A stretch of DNA of 63,330 nt, filler included, from Hyphochytrium catenoides (taxonomy: Eukaryota > Protista > Hyphochytriomycota), in NCBI GenBank assembly GCA_900088475.1. It is 18 parts of 18 records of this genome, joined end to end, with 100 filler letters (N's around TTAATTAATTAA, not from the genome) between each part and the next. Parts side by side here need not be neighbours in the genome. Positions count along the whole stretch, not along the records: positions 9,925 to 14,193 come from FLMG01001634.1; positions 14,294 to 16,794 come from FLMG01000239.1; positions 16,895 to 18,509 come from FLMG01001360.1; positions 18,610 to 25,890 come from FLMG01001046.1; 14 more parts are not named here. The stretch is one strand, 5' to 3'. Below, piece by piece: positions 12,461 through 24,700 of this stretch. A model generated the notes under the pieces. It did not search any database, was not told where the DNA came from, and was given only the letters and a program-made list of their open reading frames with translations. The first letter of the stretch is position 1. The number at the start of each line of letters is the position of its first letter. The translations under genes were made by a program, and so were the position numbers.

Positions 12461-13944
12461 ATGTTAGACGTTCGGCCTCAGTCCGGCGCCGAAATGTCTC
12501 TCTCTCCCCGATCGAGCGAAAGAAGAACGGCCAAGGTTGAGCTGAAGAAAGGAGAGAGAAAGAGAGGAAATGATGCTCTCTCTCTTTCTCGCCTTCCCGA
12601 TGTCATTATGGGCTATATCTGGTCCTATCTCGACCTGAGGTATGAATCTCTGGAACAGAACTTTTCCATAGGCCATCTCTCTCTAACTCTCTCTAACTCT
12701 CTCTCTCTCTCTTTCTCTCTCTCCTTTGTAAGGTCGGTCCTCTGCAGCCGCTGCGCGGGGCGAAGCTTGCGGCGCGTCTCTCTTGGAAATGGGTTTTGGC
12801 GGGTGCAGATCGAGGCACACAGACTTCTCCCTTTGTAAGATCCGAAGTGTCCTTTCTTTTCCTCTCTCTCTCTCTCNNNNNNNNNNNNNNNNNNNNNNNN
12901 NNNNNNNNNNNNNNNNNNNNNNNNNNNNNNNNNNNNNNNNNNNNNNNNNNNNNNNNNNNNNNNNNNNNNNNNNNNTCTCTCTCCCTCTCTCTCTCGCTCT
13001 CTCTCTCTCTGGGTTTCTCCTCTTTCAGTCCGTCTCTCTTTCTCTCCCTCTCCGCGTTTCCCTCTTTCAGTCCGTCTCTCTCCAATCTTTAGGGTATCAC
13101 TCTCTCTTTCTCCCCTGTGTGCTTGCGTGATGACTCTCTCTCTTCTTTTCCCCTTTTTGTAGCCACTACTCTTTCTCTCTCAATGCCTTTGGACTCCTCG
13201 TGACCACTCTAACATATTCTCTCTCTCGCGCGCCCTCCCTCTGTCGCTCTCTCTGCCTCTTCCGTTTCTTTTCCTTGCTCTCTCTCGCTCCCTCTCTCTC
13301 TCTCTCTACATCTCCTTCTCTCTTTCTCCTTCTCTTCTATTTAGATTGGCATCCGGATGTGTGTCTCCCTCTCTTTCCCCTTCTCTCTCTCCCAGCCAGG
13401 AGAGTCTCTACCGTGATCTATACCGCAAGTCTCTCTCTCTTCAAAGAAGAAAAACGCGAGATATACAAAGCTTTCTAGCCGCAGAAGGAGGAAGAGCGTA
13501 CACTCCATCTCTCTCTCTCTCTTCTCTTTCCTCTCTCTCTCTCCCCCTCTCTCTTGAATGGGTACAAGTGGCTCATATGTTTCGATATCAGCCAGAGGAG
13601 AGAGAAGAACTTGTGAGCTTTGAAGGAGTCTGGGCCTGCAGTATCCTGGAAGACTCTTCTCTCTCTCTCTCTCCATCATCTTCTCTCTCTTCTCCTCGCT
13701 CTCTCTCCTCGCCACGTGCTCTCTCCTCTTCTCCTTTCTCTCCGTTTCCAGTCTCTCCCTCTCTCTCTTCCACCTCTCTCTCCTCTTCTGCCTGGATGTT
13801 AGTGAGAACATCTGCCCGGTGCGATGTCTCTCTGGAGAGAGTGAGAGAGTCTCTCTGGGATCTGGACGCTTATAAGCACTTTGAGCTAGGAATCGTGGAC
13901 CAGAAGGAAATATGCAGAGGTAAATAGCACGAGAGAGAGAGGAT

Positions 13945-13991
<47 letters not shown>

Positions 13992-14193
13992 TCAGGAAAC
14001 CTGGGACAATGCTCCTTACTTACTCTGTTTAGTCTGGTAGTTGCTATCACGGTGGATCTGTTTATACACTCTCCCTTCCCTTTTACTCTTTTGTCTCTCT
14101 CTCTTCTCTCTCTCTCTCCCTCCCGTTCCCTCTCTCTCTCTCTCTCTCTCTCATATGGCTGTAGTGCCATGCCTCTCTCTCACTTTCTTCGAG
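12461..14193 (+). CDS. F-box protein with a probable START/SRPBCC-like C-terminal domain, 3' truncated
   Basis: LSRLPDVIMGYIWSYLDLR|SVLCSRCAGRSLRRVSLGNGFWR is an F-box pattern. A later exon reads MLVRTSARCDVSLERVRESLWDLDAYKHFELGIVDQKEICR, followed by intron 13920-14164. Confidence 0.55.
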
Positions 14194-14293
14194 NNNNNNN
14201 NNNNNNNNNNNNNNNNNNNNNNNNNNNNNNNNNNNNNTTAATTAATTAANNNNNNNNNNNNNNNNNNNNNNNNNNNNNNNNNNNNNNNNNNNN

Positions 14294-16794
14294 AAGTACT
14301 AGTATCAGAGATAGTGGTAATCGCCTTCAGAGTGGAAGCACCATCGACGCTGAAAGTTCCACCTACGTTGAGGTTCTCTGCCACACCAGCACCGCCAGAG
14401 ACAATCAATGCTCCAGAGTCTGTAGAGGTAGAAGTACTTGTGTCAGAGATAGTAGTAATCGCCTTCAGAGTGGAAGCACCGTCGACGGTCACAGCTCCAC
14501 CTACGTTGAGGTTCTCAGCGATGCCAGCTCCGCCAGAGACAATCAATGCTCCTGAGTCTGTAGATGTTGAAGTACTAGTATCAGAGATAGTGGTAATCGC
14601 CTTCAGAGTGGAAGCACCATCGACGGTCACAGCTCCACCGACATTGAGGTTCTCAGCGATGCCAGCTCCGCCACTTACGATCAGTGCTCCAGAGTCTGTA
14701 GAGGTAGAAGTACTTGTGTCAGAGATAGTGGTAATCGCCTTGAGAGTGGTAGTGCCATCGACGCTCACAGCTCCACCTACGTTGAGGTTCTCTGCCACTC
14801 CAGCACCGCCAGAAACAATCAATGCTCCAGAGTCTGTAGAGGTAGAAGTACTTGTGTCAGAAATAGTAGTAATCGCCTTCAGAGTGGAAGCACCATCGAC
14901 GGTGACAGCTCCACCTACATTGAGGTTCTCTGCTACTCCAGCTCCGCCACTTACGATCAATGCTCCAGAGTCTGTAGACGTAGAAGTACTTGTGTCAGAG
15001 ATAGTAGTAATCGCCTTCAGAGTGGTCGTGCCATCGACGGTCACAGCTCCACCGACATTGAGGTTCTCCGCCACTCCAGCCCCGCCAGAAACCACTAATG
15101 CCCCAGAGTTTGTCGAGGTCGAGCCACTGGTGGATGCCAGCACAGCGTCGAGGCCAACGTTTAGCAGCCCGCCGATGTAGACATCCTGAGCAATACCAAC
15201 CCCACCATCTACTATCAATGCCCCAGAGTCTGTGGCACTACTGTTGTCGGTAGCATAGGTGTGTATGATGCCCCCAATGTTCACATTCTTACCGAAACCA
15301 GCCCCACCAGCTATAACGAGCGCACCATTGTCAGTTGCATTCGACTCCAGTGTACTGGACGTTGATATACCGGTGTCGTTCAGATTGAAGGTTCCAAGCA
15401 CTCTTAGATCACCTCCGATGATAAGATCTTGTGAAACAGCAGCACCACCTCTTACAATGAAAGCGGCGTTGTCGAGGTCTGAAGCGTCAGTGGTGTCGTG
15501 GATGGTTGTAATACCTTTCACGTTCAAGTTCTCGCCAATGCCTGCACCCCCACTCACAACGAGCGCGCCAGAGTCGGTCGTGGTTGATCCCGAAGTGTCA
15601 GTCACCTTGGTTACCGCTGTGAGAGTAGTTGCACCAGTCGCCGACAACGTGCTACCTACTGCGAGTGCACCACCCACGTTCGCATCAAGCTGGACACCTA
15701 AACCACCATCTACAACTAGAGCTCCGGTCGTGGTAGATACACTGTTCGTCGTATCCCATGCTTCAATTTTTCCACCAACATTGAGTCGAAGAGCAATGCC
15801 CACACCTCCCTGAATAACGAGAGCTCCGGAGTCCGTGGAGAGCGACTCATCGGTTCCTGTCATCTGCACACCGCCTGCCATATTAAAACTTCCTCCGACA
15901 GTCAAGTCACCACCTACATTGAGGTTCTCTGCCACTCCAGCCCCGCCACTTACGATCAATGCTCCAGAGTCTGTAGATGTTGAAGTACTAGTATCAGATA
16001 TAGTGGTAATCGCCTTGAGAGTGGTCGTGCCATCGATGCTCACAGCTCCACCGACGTTGAGGTTCTCTGCCACACCAGCACCACCAGAGATGATCAATGC
16101 TCCAGAGTCCGTAGATGTTGAAGTACTAGTGTCGCTGATCGTGGTAATCGCCTTCAGAGTGGTAGTACCATCGACGCTCACAGCTCCACCTACATTGAGG
16201 TTCTCCGCCACACCAGCACCGCCACTTACGATCAATGCTCCAGAGTCTGTAGAGGTAGATGTACTAGTGTCGCTGATCGTGGTAATCGCCTTCAGAGTGG
16301 TAGTGCCGTCGACGCTCACAGCTCCACCGACATTGAGGTTCTCTGCTACTCCAGCTCCGCCAGAAACAATCAATGCTCCAGAGTCTGTAGATGTTGAGGT
16401 ACTTGTGTCGCTGATCGTGGTAATCGCCTTCAGAGTGGTCGTGCCATCGACGGTGACAGCTCCACCGACATTGAGGTTCTCTGCCACCCCAGCACCGCCA
16501 CTTACGATCAATGCTCCCGAGTCTGTAGAGGTAGATGTACTAGTGTCGCTGATCGTGGTAATCGCCTTGAGAGTGGTCGTGCCATCGACGCTCACAGCTC
16601 CACCGACATTGAGGTTCTCTGCCACACCAGCACCGCCACTTACGATCAATGCTCCAGAGTCTGTAGAGGTAGAAGTACTAGTGTCGCTGATCGTGGTAAT
16701 CGCCTTCAGAGTGGTAGTGCCGTCGACGCTCACAGCTCCACCGACATTGAGGTTCTCTGCCACACCAGCACCGCCAGAAACAATCAATGCTCCC
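14294..16794 (-). CDS. Long intronless repeat protein resembling giant-virus/phage fibre (beta-helix/beta-prism) proteins; open at both contig ends
   Basis: >830 codons without a stop. 19 units of GAL[IV]VSGGAGVAENLNVGG...STSTSTDS: two blocks of near-identical 46-aa (138-bp) units flank about 7 divergent units. No introns and no GA microsatellites. Confidence 0.8.
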
Positions 16795-17397
16795 NNNNNN
16801 NNNNNNNNNNNNNNNNNNNNNNNNNNNNNNNNNNNNNNTTAATTAATTAANNNNNNNNNNNNNNNNNNNNNNNNNNNNNNNNNNNNNNNNNNNNCCACAT
16901 GAGTCCGACCATACGAAGGCACGGCTTCACTATGTAGAGAAGTATCTGTCTCGACCCTAGAAGAAGGTTGGACGATGACTCACAGCTTTCTGCACAAAAG
17001 CAAAAAAGAGTTATCTTAACGCAAAGTTCAGCACATGACTGAGAGGAAGGTACCATCTCTCACTATAAAGCCCAATAGCGGGACAATTAGAGAGTTGCTA
17101 GGCAGCGGCTGACAAGAAAAGCTACCGAGCCGTGTGGACTCATCTACTAGAGTCCTCCGCTTCAATGAAAGAGTGAGAATGGAGACGAAGAAGACAAAGA
17201 GTCGAGCAGCACAAGACACCGAAGAGGAATTTAGACATGAACGAGAACGGCGCTCTAGCAAGTTCCTTTGTTAACCACAAGGGAGAGATGATGAAGAAAG
17301 AGGGCTGTGACGTGGATGACATAGGAGGACATGCCAGATTAGGAGGACAACATCCAAAGGAAGAAGCAGCAGAGCGAAGCAGGGTGACGGAAAGAAG

Positions 17398-17458
<61 letters not shown>

Positions 17459-17959
17459 CAACAAGCAGAAGAGACAGGGCCATCATCAGAATGCTTCTGA
17501 CCTTTCATATCGGACCATGATCACCTATTCCGAATAGCAAAGGTTGAAAACGGTAATATTAAAGATAAATACTCTCGTTATTCTACACAGTACTGGTCCT
17601 ATACTGCACATGATTCTTATGGCAGCAGCGGAATCGGAATATCCTCAGGTAAAGCCTTGTGCTATTGATAGAGTTAATGTTGCAAGGCGGTCTAAGATTG
17701 GGTATCAGAAGGCGGTCTGAGGGCTGTTGGCGTCTCCACCAACAGTTCAAAAGCTTCAGAAGCTCTTCCTCAGAGATCTGCATATTGAAGATCGGAGATC
17801 GGAGAGTCAGAGGTTAGAGCTCCATAACAGACGATCTCTAGCTCATCGACGGGCTCTTGAGAAGACGCTGTCATAACTTATTATTCTGGGCTCTAAAGGC
17901 CATTGCTTGTTCTAACAGCGTGTGGTTTAAGGAAGCAGCTACCTTTGAATAGGATCAAA

Positions 17960-18509
17960 ATGGCGATTGAGGCGTGGTACATGGATGACTCTTCAGAGGA
18001 TCAGCGGCTCCCTCATAAGCAGCAGCCCAACAAGCCTGCCAGTGGCCGCGTGCTTGACGATCTTGGAGTTTTCTACTGGAAGTTGGATGCCACGAACCCT
18101 ACTGAGGACCCTGAGTTCCAGAAGATCAAGGAGGAGCGCGGATACAACTACACGTGAGGGCACTAACATCTGATTGCCTTTCTCCTCTCTTGATTTCTCT
18201 TTGCGGTGCTTCTCGATGGCTGAAGACTGATAGCTGATAGATTAGCTTCGCTCTCCTTCGTCTCTATGTCCGTTGCTCACATGCCCTTGCTCTTGCAGTG
18301 ATGTCATTACCATTGCAAAAGACAAGCTGCCTAACTATGAGGAGAAGATCAAGACGTTCTTTGAGGAGCACATCCACACCGACGAGGAGATCCGCCTCTG
18401 TCTGGAAGGCTCCGGATACTTTGACATCCGCGACTTCAAGGACCAATGGATTCGCGTGCATCTGAAGGCTGGAGAGATGATTGTCCTTCCAGCGGGCAGC
18501 TATCATCGC
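17960..18509 (+). CDS. ADI1: Acireductone dioxygenase (methionine salvage), 3' truncated; exons 17960-18153, 18299->18509
   Basis: [15 protein letters not shown]...LGVFYWKLD...[11 protein letters not shown]|[45 protein letters not shown]...WIRV...[10 protein letters not shown] contains the cupin metal ligands EHxHxDEE...H. Confidence 0.95.
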
Positions 18510-18609
18510 NNNNNNNNNNNNNNNNNNNNNNNNNNNNNNNNNNNNNNNNNNNNTTAATTAATTAANNNNNNNNNNNNNNNNNNNNNNNNNNNNNNNNNNN
18601 NNNNNNNNN

Positions 18610-18624
18610 CTCCTCGTAATCTGT

Positions 18625-18666
<42 letters not shown>

Positions 18667-19216
18667 AGAGAGAGAAAGAGGGAGGATCCAAAGTGAGAAA
18701 GAGGGAGACAAAAGAGAGGAGAAAAGCTTTAGACCACCTGAAAGAATGAGAAGAGAGAATTCAAGAGAACGACAGCTGGAGAAAGAGAGACGACCAAGTC
18801 AGAAGAAGAAAACACAAGGAAGGCCTTTTCTCTCTCTCTTCGACTCACCTGGAAGAGACTCCATAATATCGTCTAACATGCCCTGAACCTGAGAGGGAGA
18901 GGCCACTTGGCTCACACGACTTTCGTTCTAGAGAAAAGAGGAAAAGAGTCAGGGCCAACTGAGCTACATACTAGACAACAGTTCGAGCGGAAAGATCAAA
19001 GACAGAGAGAGAAAAGGTATATAAATATATATAGAGAGAGAAAGGGAAAGAGAGAGAAAGGAAGAGAGAGAGAGAAAGGAAGAGTGAGAGAAAGGAAGAG
19101 ACGGAGGAAGGACGAGCGAGAGAAAGGAAGAGCCAGAGGAAGGAAGAGCCAAGATTTAGATTGAGGGCATATGTATAGACAGAGAGAAAGAGGAAAAAGA
19201 AGCTTCCCACGGACCG

Positions 19217-19282
<66 letters not shown>

Positions 19283-19387
19283 GTCAGCACTCACTGGGAC
19301 GGGCTAGGATGGAAGCGCGAGCGACAGGGTGACAGAGAACTCCAAACGACAGAAAGTGAAGGAGACACTGTGCGGAAAGAACGACAG

Positions 19388-19425
<38 letters not shown>

Positions 19426-20460
19426 GAAGATAAAAGAGTCTCACCTGCACCATCCACATTAAGCTCACAATCGGAGCAATCCAAGTCAGAGGACGGCTCC
19501 GAGGGAACAGGAGGAATGGGGATGCCCTTCACTGCTGAAGGAATGCTCTCTCCCTTGGGAATCTCATCAGGGAGAAGGTTTGACACCGCGTCAGTGACAG
19601 AAGAGGCAGGAGGAACAGTAACTCCTGAGCTCTTTGGCGGTGTAGGAAGAGAGAGAGAAGGAGGAACTTGTGGAGAGGATGCTGGAGTCTTTCCTGCTTC
19701 GTCTGTCGCAGAAGGAGAGGGAGAGGGAGACTTTGCTCCTCCCGGAGCTGGAGTCGGACTTGTCGGTGCCTTTGCAGGAGCGGTGGTGGGAGAGGAAGAG
19801 GGAGGAGAGGGAGAACTTGAAGGGGGAGACGTTGTAAGAGCAGGAGACGTGGTGGGAGAAGAGGTTGAAGCAGGAGCGGGAGCAGAAGAGAGAGGAGGCG
19901 ATGAGCTGGGCGCAGGTGCCGCAGTTGTGTCTTGAAGAGCTCGTCTCATTGTCAGAGAAGCTGCTGCTTCTGCTTGTGCTGACGGATCTGTGCGTGGCAA
20001 AAAACGGAAGAGAAAGAGATACGTGGGGAGGAACAGACGGCGAGACAAGGGGGAGAGATAGAAAGAGAAGAGAAAGAGAGAGAGAGAGAAAGAGAGTTGG
20101 GGGCCAGAAAAAGACGGCGTCAAGAAAGATCCTTTGCCGATGCTACGCAGGCTACTCCGTTCTCTTCTGCCCTCTTCTCTCTTCTCTCGCTCAGCTAAAG
20201 CTGACTGTTTTCTCTACCATTGCCTTGAACCATCTCTCAGTTCCTTGTTTGTTCTCTCTCTCTGTCCCTCTCTCTCTCTTCCCTTCTCTGCTTCTTAGTG
20301 TTTGGCAGTTCGTTCTCTTTTGAAAGACTCTCCCTCCCCTCGAGAAAACTCTCTCTCTCGTCTTTCAGCTTCAGCTATCTCCGTGCTTACCTGTCATAAC
20401 GGCTAAGAGGAGCAGGCAGACGCCTTGAAGAAGAGAAGCTCTGGGCCGTGACCGCTTCAT
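18610..20460 (-). CDS. Secreted Pro/Ser/Thr/Ala-rich (mucin/AGP-like) protein, 3' truncated
   Basis: Signal-peptide exon MKRSRPRASLLQGVCLLLLAVMT with a GTAAG donor at 20390. Large exon ~19988-19445 reads RRALQDTTAAPAPSSSPP...DCSDCELNVDGA. Small exon VQGMLDDIMESLP at ~18888-18850. Confidence 0.65.
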
Positions 20461-20915
20461 CTGTCCTGTGCTCAGTCTTCAGTCTCTTTCTCTCTCTGTT
20501 CTCTTTCTCTCTCTCTCTCTTTGTAAGTCTCTTTGTTCAGCTTCAGTGATACCTCAGAGAGAAAGAAGATAGAGTCTTGATCTGAAAAGAGAGAGAAAGA
20601 AGCTGCGCGGTGTGACTGAAGAAACAGACGAAAGACAGGAAGCAGCTTGGAAATTCACCTTTGCAGGCTATTTTGTAAGAGAGAGAAAAGAGCGATTGTG
20701 CCTGCCTCTCTCTCTCTTCCTCATGCCGCCAGACGCTCTCTTTTGCTTTCTCTCTCTCCGCCTGTCACTTCCGCTAAAGTGACTGAACTTCCAAGAGCAG
20801 ATGGATGCTGGGGAGAGAAGCAAGAGAAGGAAATGCTTTGCCGACAGATGAATCATCCCTGTCACGTGCTGGCTATGTGTATGAGCGAAGGAGGAGAGAG
20901 AGAGAGAGAGGGAGA

Positions 20916-20953
<38 letters not shown>

Positions 20954-21125
20954 AACAGCAGGTTTTGAGGTGCTTAGCGGGTGTGTAGAGCAAGACAAGA
21001 GTTGCTAGAAGAGATGAAGATTAACAAGGGTAAAGACAGAGACAGAAGTGAGAGAGAGAGGGAGAAAGAGAGAAAGAAAGAGAGAGAGAGCGAAAGAGAG
21101 AAAGAGAGAGAGAGAGAGAGAGGGG

Positions 21126-21156
<31 letters not shown>

Positions 21157-21717
21157 TGGCTTATATTGATGATGGGCTTGGGGCTTTTGGGTCTGGGTGT
21201 TGACTGTTAGCCAATCTAGGTCCAAGTCCGACCAGGAGCGTGTTAGATTTTTTTCCCCTTCATCCCTCCTCACTTCTTCTCCCTCTCCTTGTTGTTTCCT
21301 CTCTCTCTCTCTCTCTCCCTGTGTAACAGCACCGCCTCTCCTCTCTCTCTCTCTCTCTCTCCTGCTCGAGATGCCATCCATCATCTGATCCTCCTGATCC
21401 CTCTCTCTGCTTCTTTTGCTCTTCCTAGGCAAACGCCGCTCGTCTCTCTCTCTCTCTCTCTCTTCTCACTCTCTCTCTCTCTCTTGTTTTCTCTCTCTCT
21501 TCTCTATCTCTCTCCGCTCTCTCTCTCTCTCCTCTCTCTCTCTCACATCACACTCTCTCTCTCACACTCTCTCTCTTTCGTGTGCTCGTGGCTGCATTTT
21601 CCGTCTGATGAGGAGGTCCATCATCTGAACTGACTCTGATGTGATCTGATGTGAGAGTAACAAGAAAGAGAGAGGAAAGAGAGGAAGATAGCCAGAATGA
21701 GAGAGAGAGAGAGTGAA

Positions 21718-21750
<33 letters not shown>

Positions 21751-24700
21751 AAGAGAAAGAGAAGAGACCGAGACTGTCTTGACAAGCTCTTACTATTCCG
21801 ACCTAAAATAACGGCCAAAAACAAACTGGCAATAAACTACTACAACCTATGGATTACTGTACTAGGAAGAATAAAGACCATATAAAGACATAAATTCTAC
21901 ATCAAATAAGAGGTATAATATCAAAAATAAGCGTACAAAGCTGTGCAGTGTTGCCTTTACTTTATTTTTAGAAATAGTATTCTGAACTACTTTTTATTCT
22001 AAGTGTTATAAAATACTTTTGTTGAGACGTAAAAAGTCCTCATTGTTCATTTATCCAGTGTACCGACTTTATAACACTAGAAAGGAGCAAAAGCTTATTC
22101 GCTTTGTACCTGATAATATACCTCTAGTGCAAGATTGACTGCGTGGTTCTTAGGGATCCATCTCCTAATAATATGCCGGCTGTTGCCTTTGAGTAGAGGG
22201 TTATTTTTGGTTGCTTTACAAGGATGTGCTCTGAGGAAGGAAGAGGCAGAAAAGGGGCGGGTTCTGGTGCAATTTGGGTTGGGGAGGAAGAGCGACATAG
22301 TTGAAAGAGGTAGAGCTCCTTGGTAAAGAGTACGGACTTGGCAGCAGACCTCACGATTTGGCCCTAATATATGCAGTGCATGGCGCAAGACAGAGTAAAT
22401 GGTCTGCAACAGACAGAGTGCATGAAGAGAGATGAAATGTGATCAGGGAGAGATTTGGCGCCCACTTGTGAAGAAAACAGTGTTGGACTTTCCAAAGAGC
22501 CAGAGTTTACAAGAAAAGGTGCGTTGTAAGGAGTTAGCAGAGGTAGAGAGGAGAACAAAGAGAGAGAGAGAGAGTGAGAGAGAGAAAAAGAGGTCCAGAG
22601 GAGGACGGGAAGATATGAGGGACACAGAGTGAGAGAGAGCGACACGAGACAAAGAGACAGAATAAGAGAGAAGAAATTATACAGTAGAATGAAAAGAGGA
22701 GACTCTTGGAAGGGGAGAGAGTGTCGTCGGAGAGTCCCGGAGAGAGAGAGAGACACAGAGACAAAGAAATAGAACCAGCAAGGTTGTAATAATAGACAGA
22801 CTAGTACAGGCTGATCTGGTGTAAAAGCTGTATATTCCGTCCACAGCACGGCCCCTGTGTTATTTAGGTCGAACGCTCCAATACAGACCATAAGAACAAC
22901 TCTCTAATATCTTGGATGTAGCTTGTCCCCATTTACAATTATGTGAGGTTTCGACTGATTCGTAATATATTGCTATTTGCTGTTCCAATTCAAAATGACT
23001 AGAAACACTCTACAGTAATAAATGACAGACGTGAAATATTCAGACCTTATCACCTCTATCTTTTCCAAATGCAGCCAAGGAAATGAAACTCGGCATAGTG
23101 GCAAATCTCATTGGGGGAAAGCGATTGACGAGGGCACTTGTTCAAAGTTCATAATTCCAACCTCTCAGGATGAAAGCTTTGAAAGATTCAAAAAATGAAA
23201 CTTTCGAGATCACCTGGAAGGAGCCAAAACAGAACGAAGTGCCTTCGTGAATCGATAGAAGCATACCGGATTAGGGGGCTATGCAAGGTTTCAGCTTGAT
23301 TAGTTAAGTATTGACAAAACTATCACAGGTGGAAGGAAAGTAGTTCTACAAACTCTAGACCAGATCATCAGCCTGTAGACAGAGTGTGCGGCTTGATCCG
23401 TGTGCCAAGACCTACCGCTAACGTCCACTTAAGCTGAGGGGGTCGGGTGGGGCTTGATCAATTTATGAACAATACTGTGCTGGTAGCCGCTAACGTAATA
23501 ACGAACTGAAGTAATACTAGGTTTGGGAACACAAGGACTTGCGAGCCTTGGGAGTGAGAGGCGGCACAATGGGCCATCCTACTGACGGAACAGAGACTGA
23601 CCGTTAGCAGCTGTATTATCCTTTTGCCGTCCCTGGCCAATTATTATTTAGTTATTTACACAAATTCTCTACATAATTTATAAAGTGCGCTGAGTCTTTC
23701 ACAGACAATAAGAAAACGCATAAAATCTCTGTCCTTTATAATTAGAGAGATTTCCCGATACACCAACAGATGCTCTGCAGTCAGTCCAAAGCGGAAGAGT
23801 TGAGTTCTCCGGACGTTTCTGAAAGCGCTGGGATTGGATGATCTCAAACTTAGATGTGGCCTGGTTGCAGCAAAGCCTGGCGTCGTTTTCTTCTTGTTCC
23901 TTTTCTGTCGTCCTCGCGTCTGCTCTGTCTCCGCTGCGGCCGATGCTAGATGCGAGTAGTACGTGCTGGTGGAGCAGGAAGAGCAGCTCTGATCGTAAAG
24001 AGTAAGTATCGATGAAGGTCGTAGAGAAGAGACCACGAAGTGGATAGACTATCAGGCTGATGAGGTCTACAGCAGCACTACCGCAGCATGCCATCAAGTA
24101 TTATTAGCAGAATGTCCGTCGCCAATAATGTTGACCAGAAGTCTTCTATCTAGTCTATCGGTAGTCTTCAGAACAAGAGGCGGCAAAAGCTTTTCGATAA
24201 ATAGAAGTCATCTTATCGTCAACCGTTGCGTAGAGCACTTGCGACTATCGGCGAGAGAGAGAAACTGATTGTATAGATCTTCCATCTATCGAAGAGCTTT
24301 CCTTCTCTCCTTTTGACGCCGGGCGGCTAAACATTGCTGGGGTTGTAGATCTCTCCTCCAAGCTTTCTGCCTCTTCCCCATCTCTCAGGCATCAGGCAAT
24401 TAGTCGCCCATCTCTCCATATAATTGCCCATCTCTCAAGCAATTAGCGTGGCCTTTAGTGGGGACTCTGATCTGGGACGTGAAGCTTCGCTCCGTAACCT
24501 ATGAATCTCAAGAATGGAGAGCTGTCTGTCTTCTTCTCCATTGTCGTGCCGCTGCAGGCACTATGTTCTCTCATTTGCTCGCGCTTTCTCTCCTACTCTG
24601 GACGGCACTTTTCCTCTTTGTATCTTCGCTGTGAGACCTATGATAGCTCTCTCTTCCTTGTGCTCTCCTCTTCTTCTTGCACGCTGCTCTCTGTCCTGTC

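Noticed and set aside
14294-16794. 138-bp periodic array as a CRISPR array or satellite
   Set aside because: There are no unique spacers, the period is a multiple of 3, and variation falls at codon third positions, so it is a protein-coding repeat.
14314-16842. Long plus-strand ORFs (288, 184, 335 aa) opposite the fibre-like gene
   Set aside because: Antisense shadows of a repetitive ORF. They are interrupted by stops in the divergent core, and variation is synonymous on the minus strand.
1-18509. Sulfur/methionine gene cluster (CBS plus ADI1)
   Set aside because: The genes are on different contigs separated by four artificial spacers.
21830-24300. AT-richer segment with short ORFs as a gene or viral insert
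   Set aside because: No continuous frame or recognisable motif; left unannotated.
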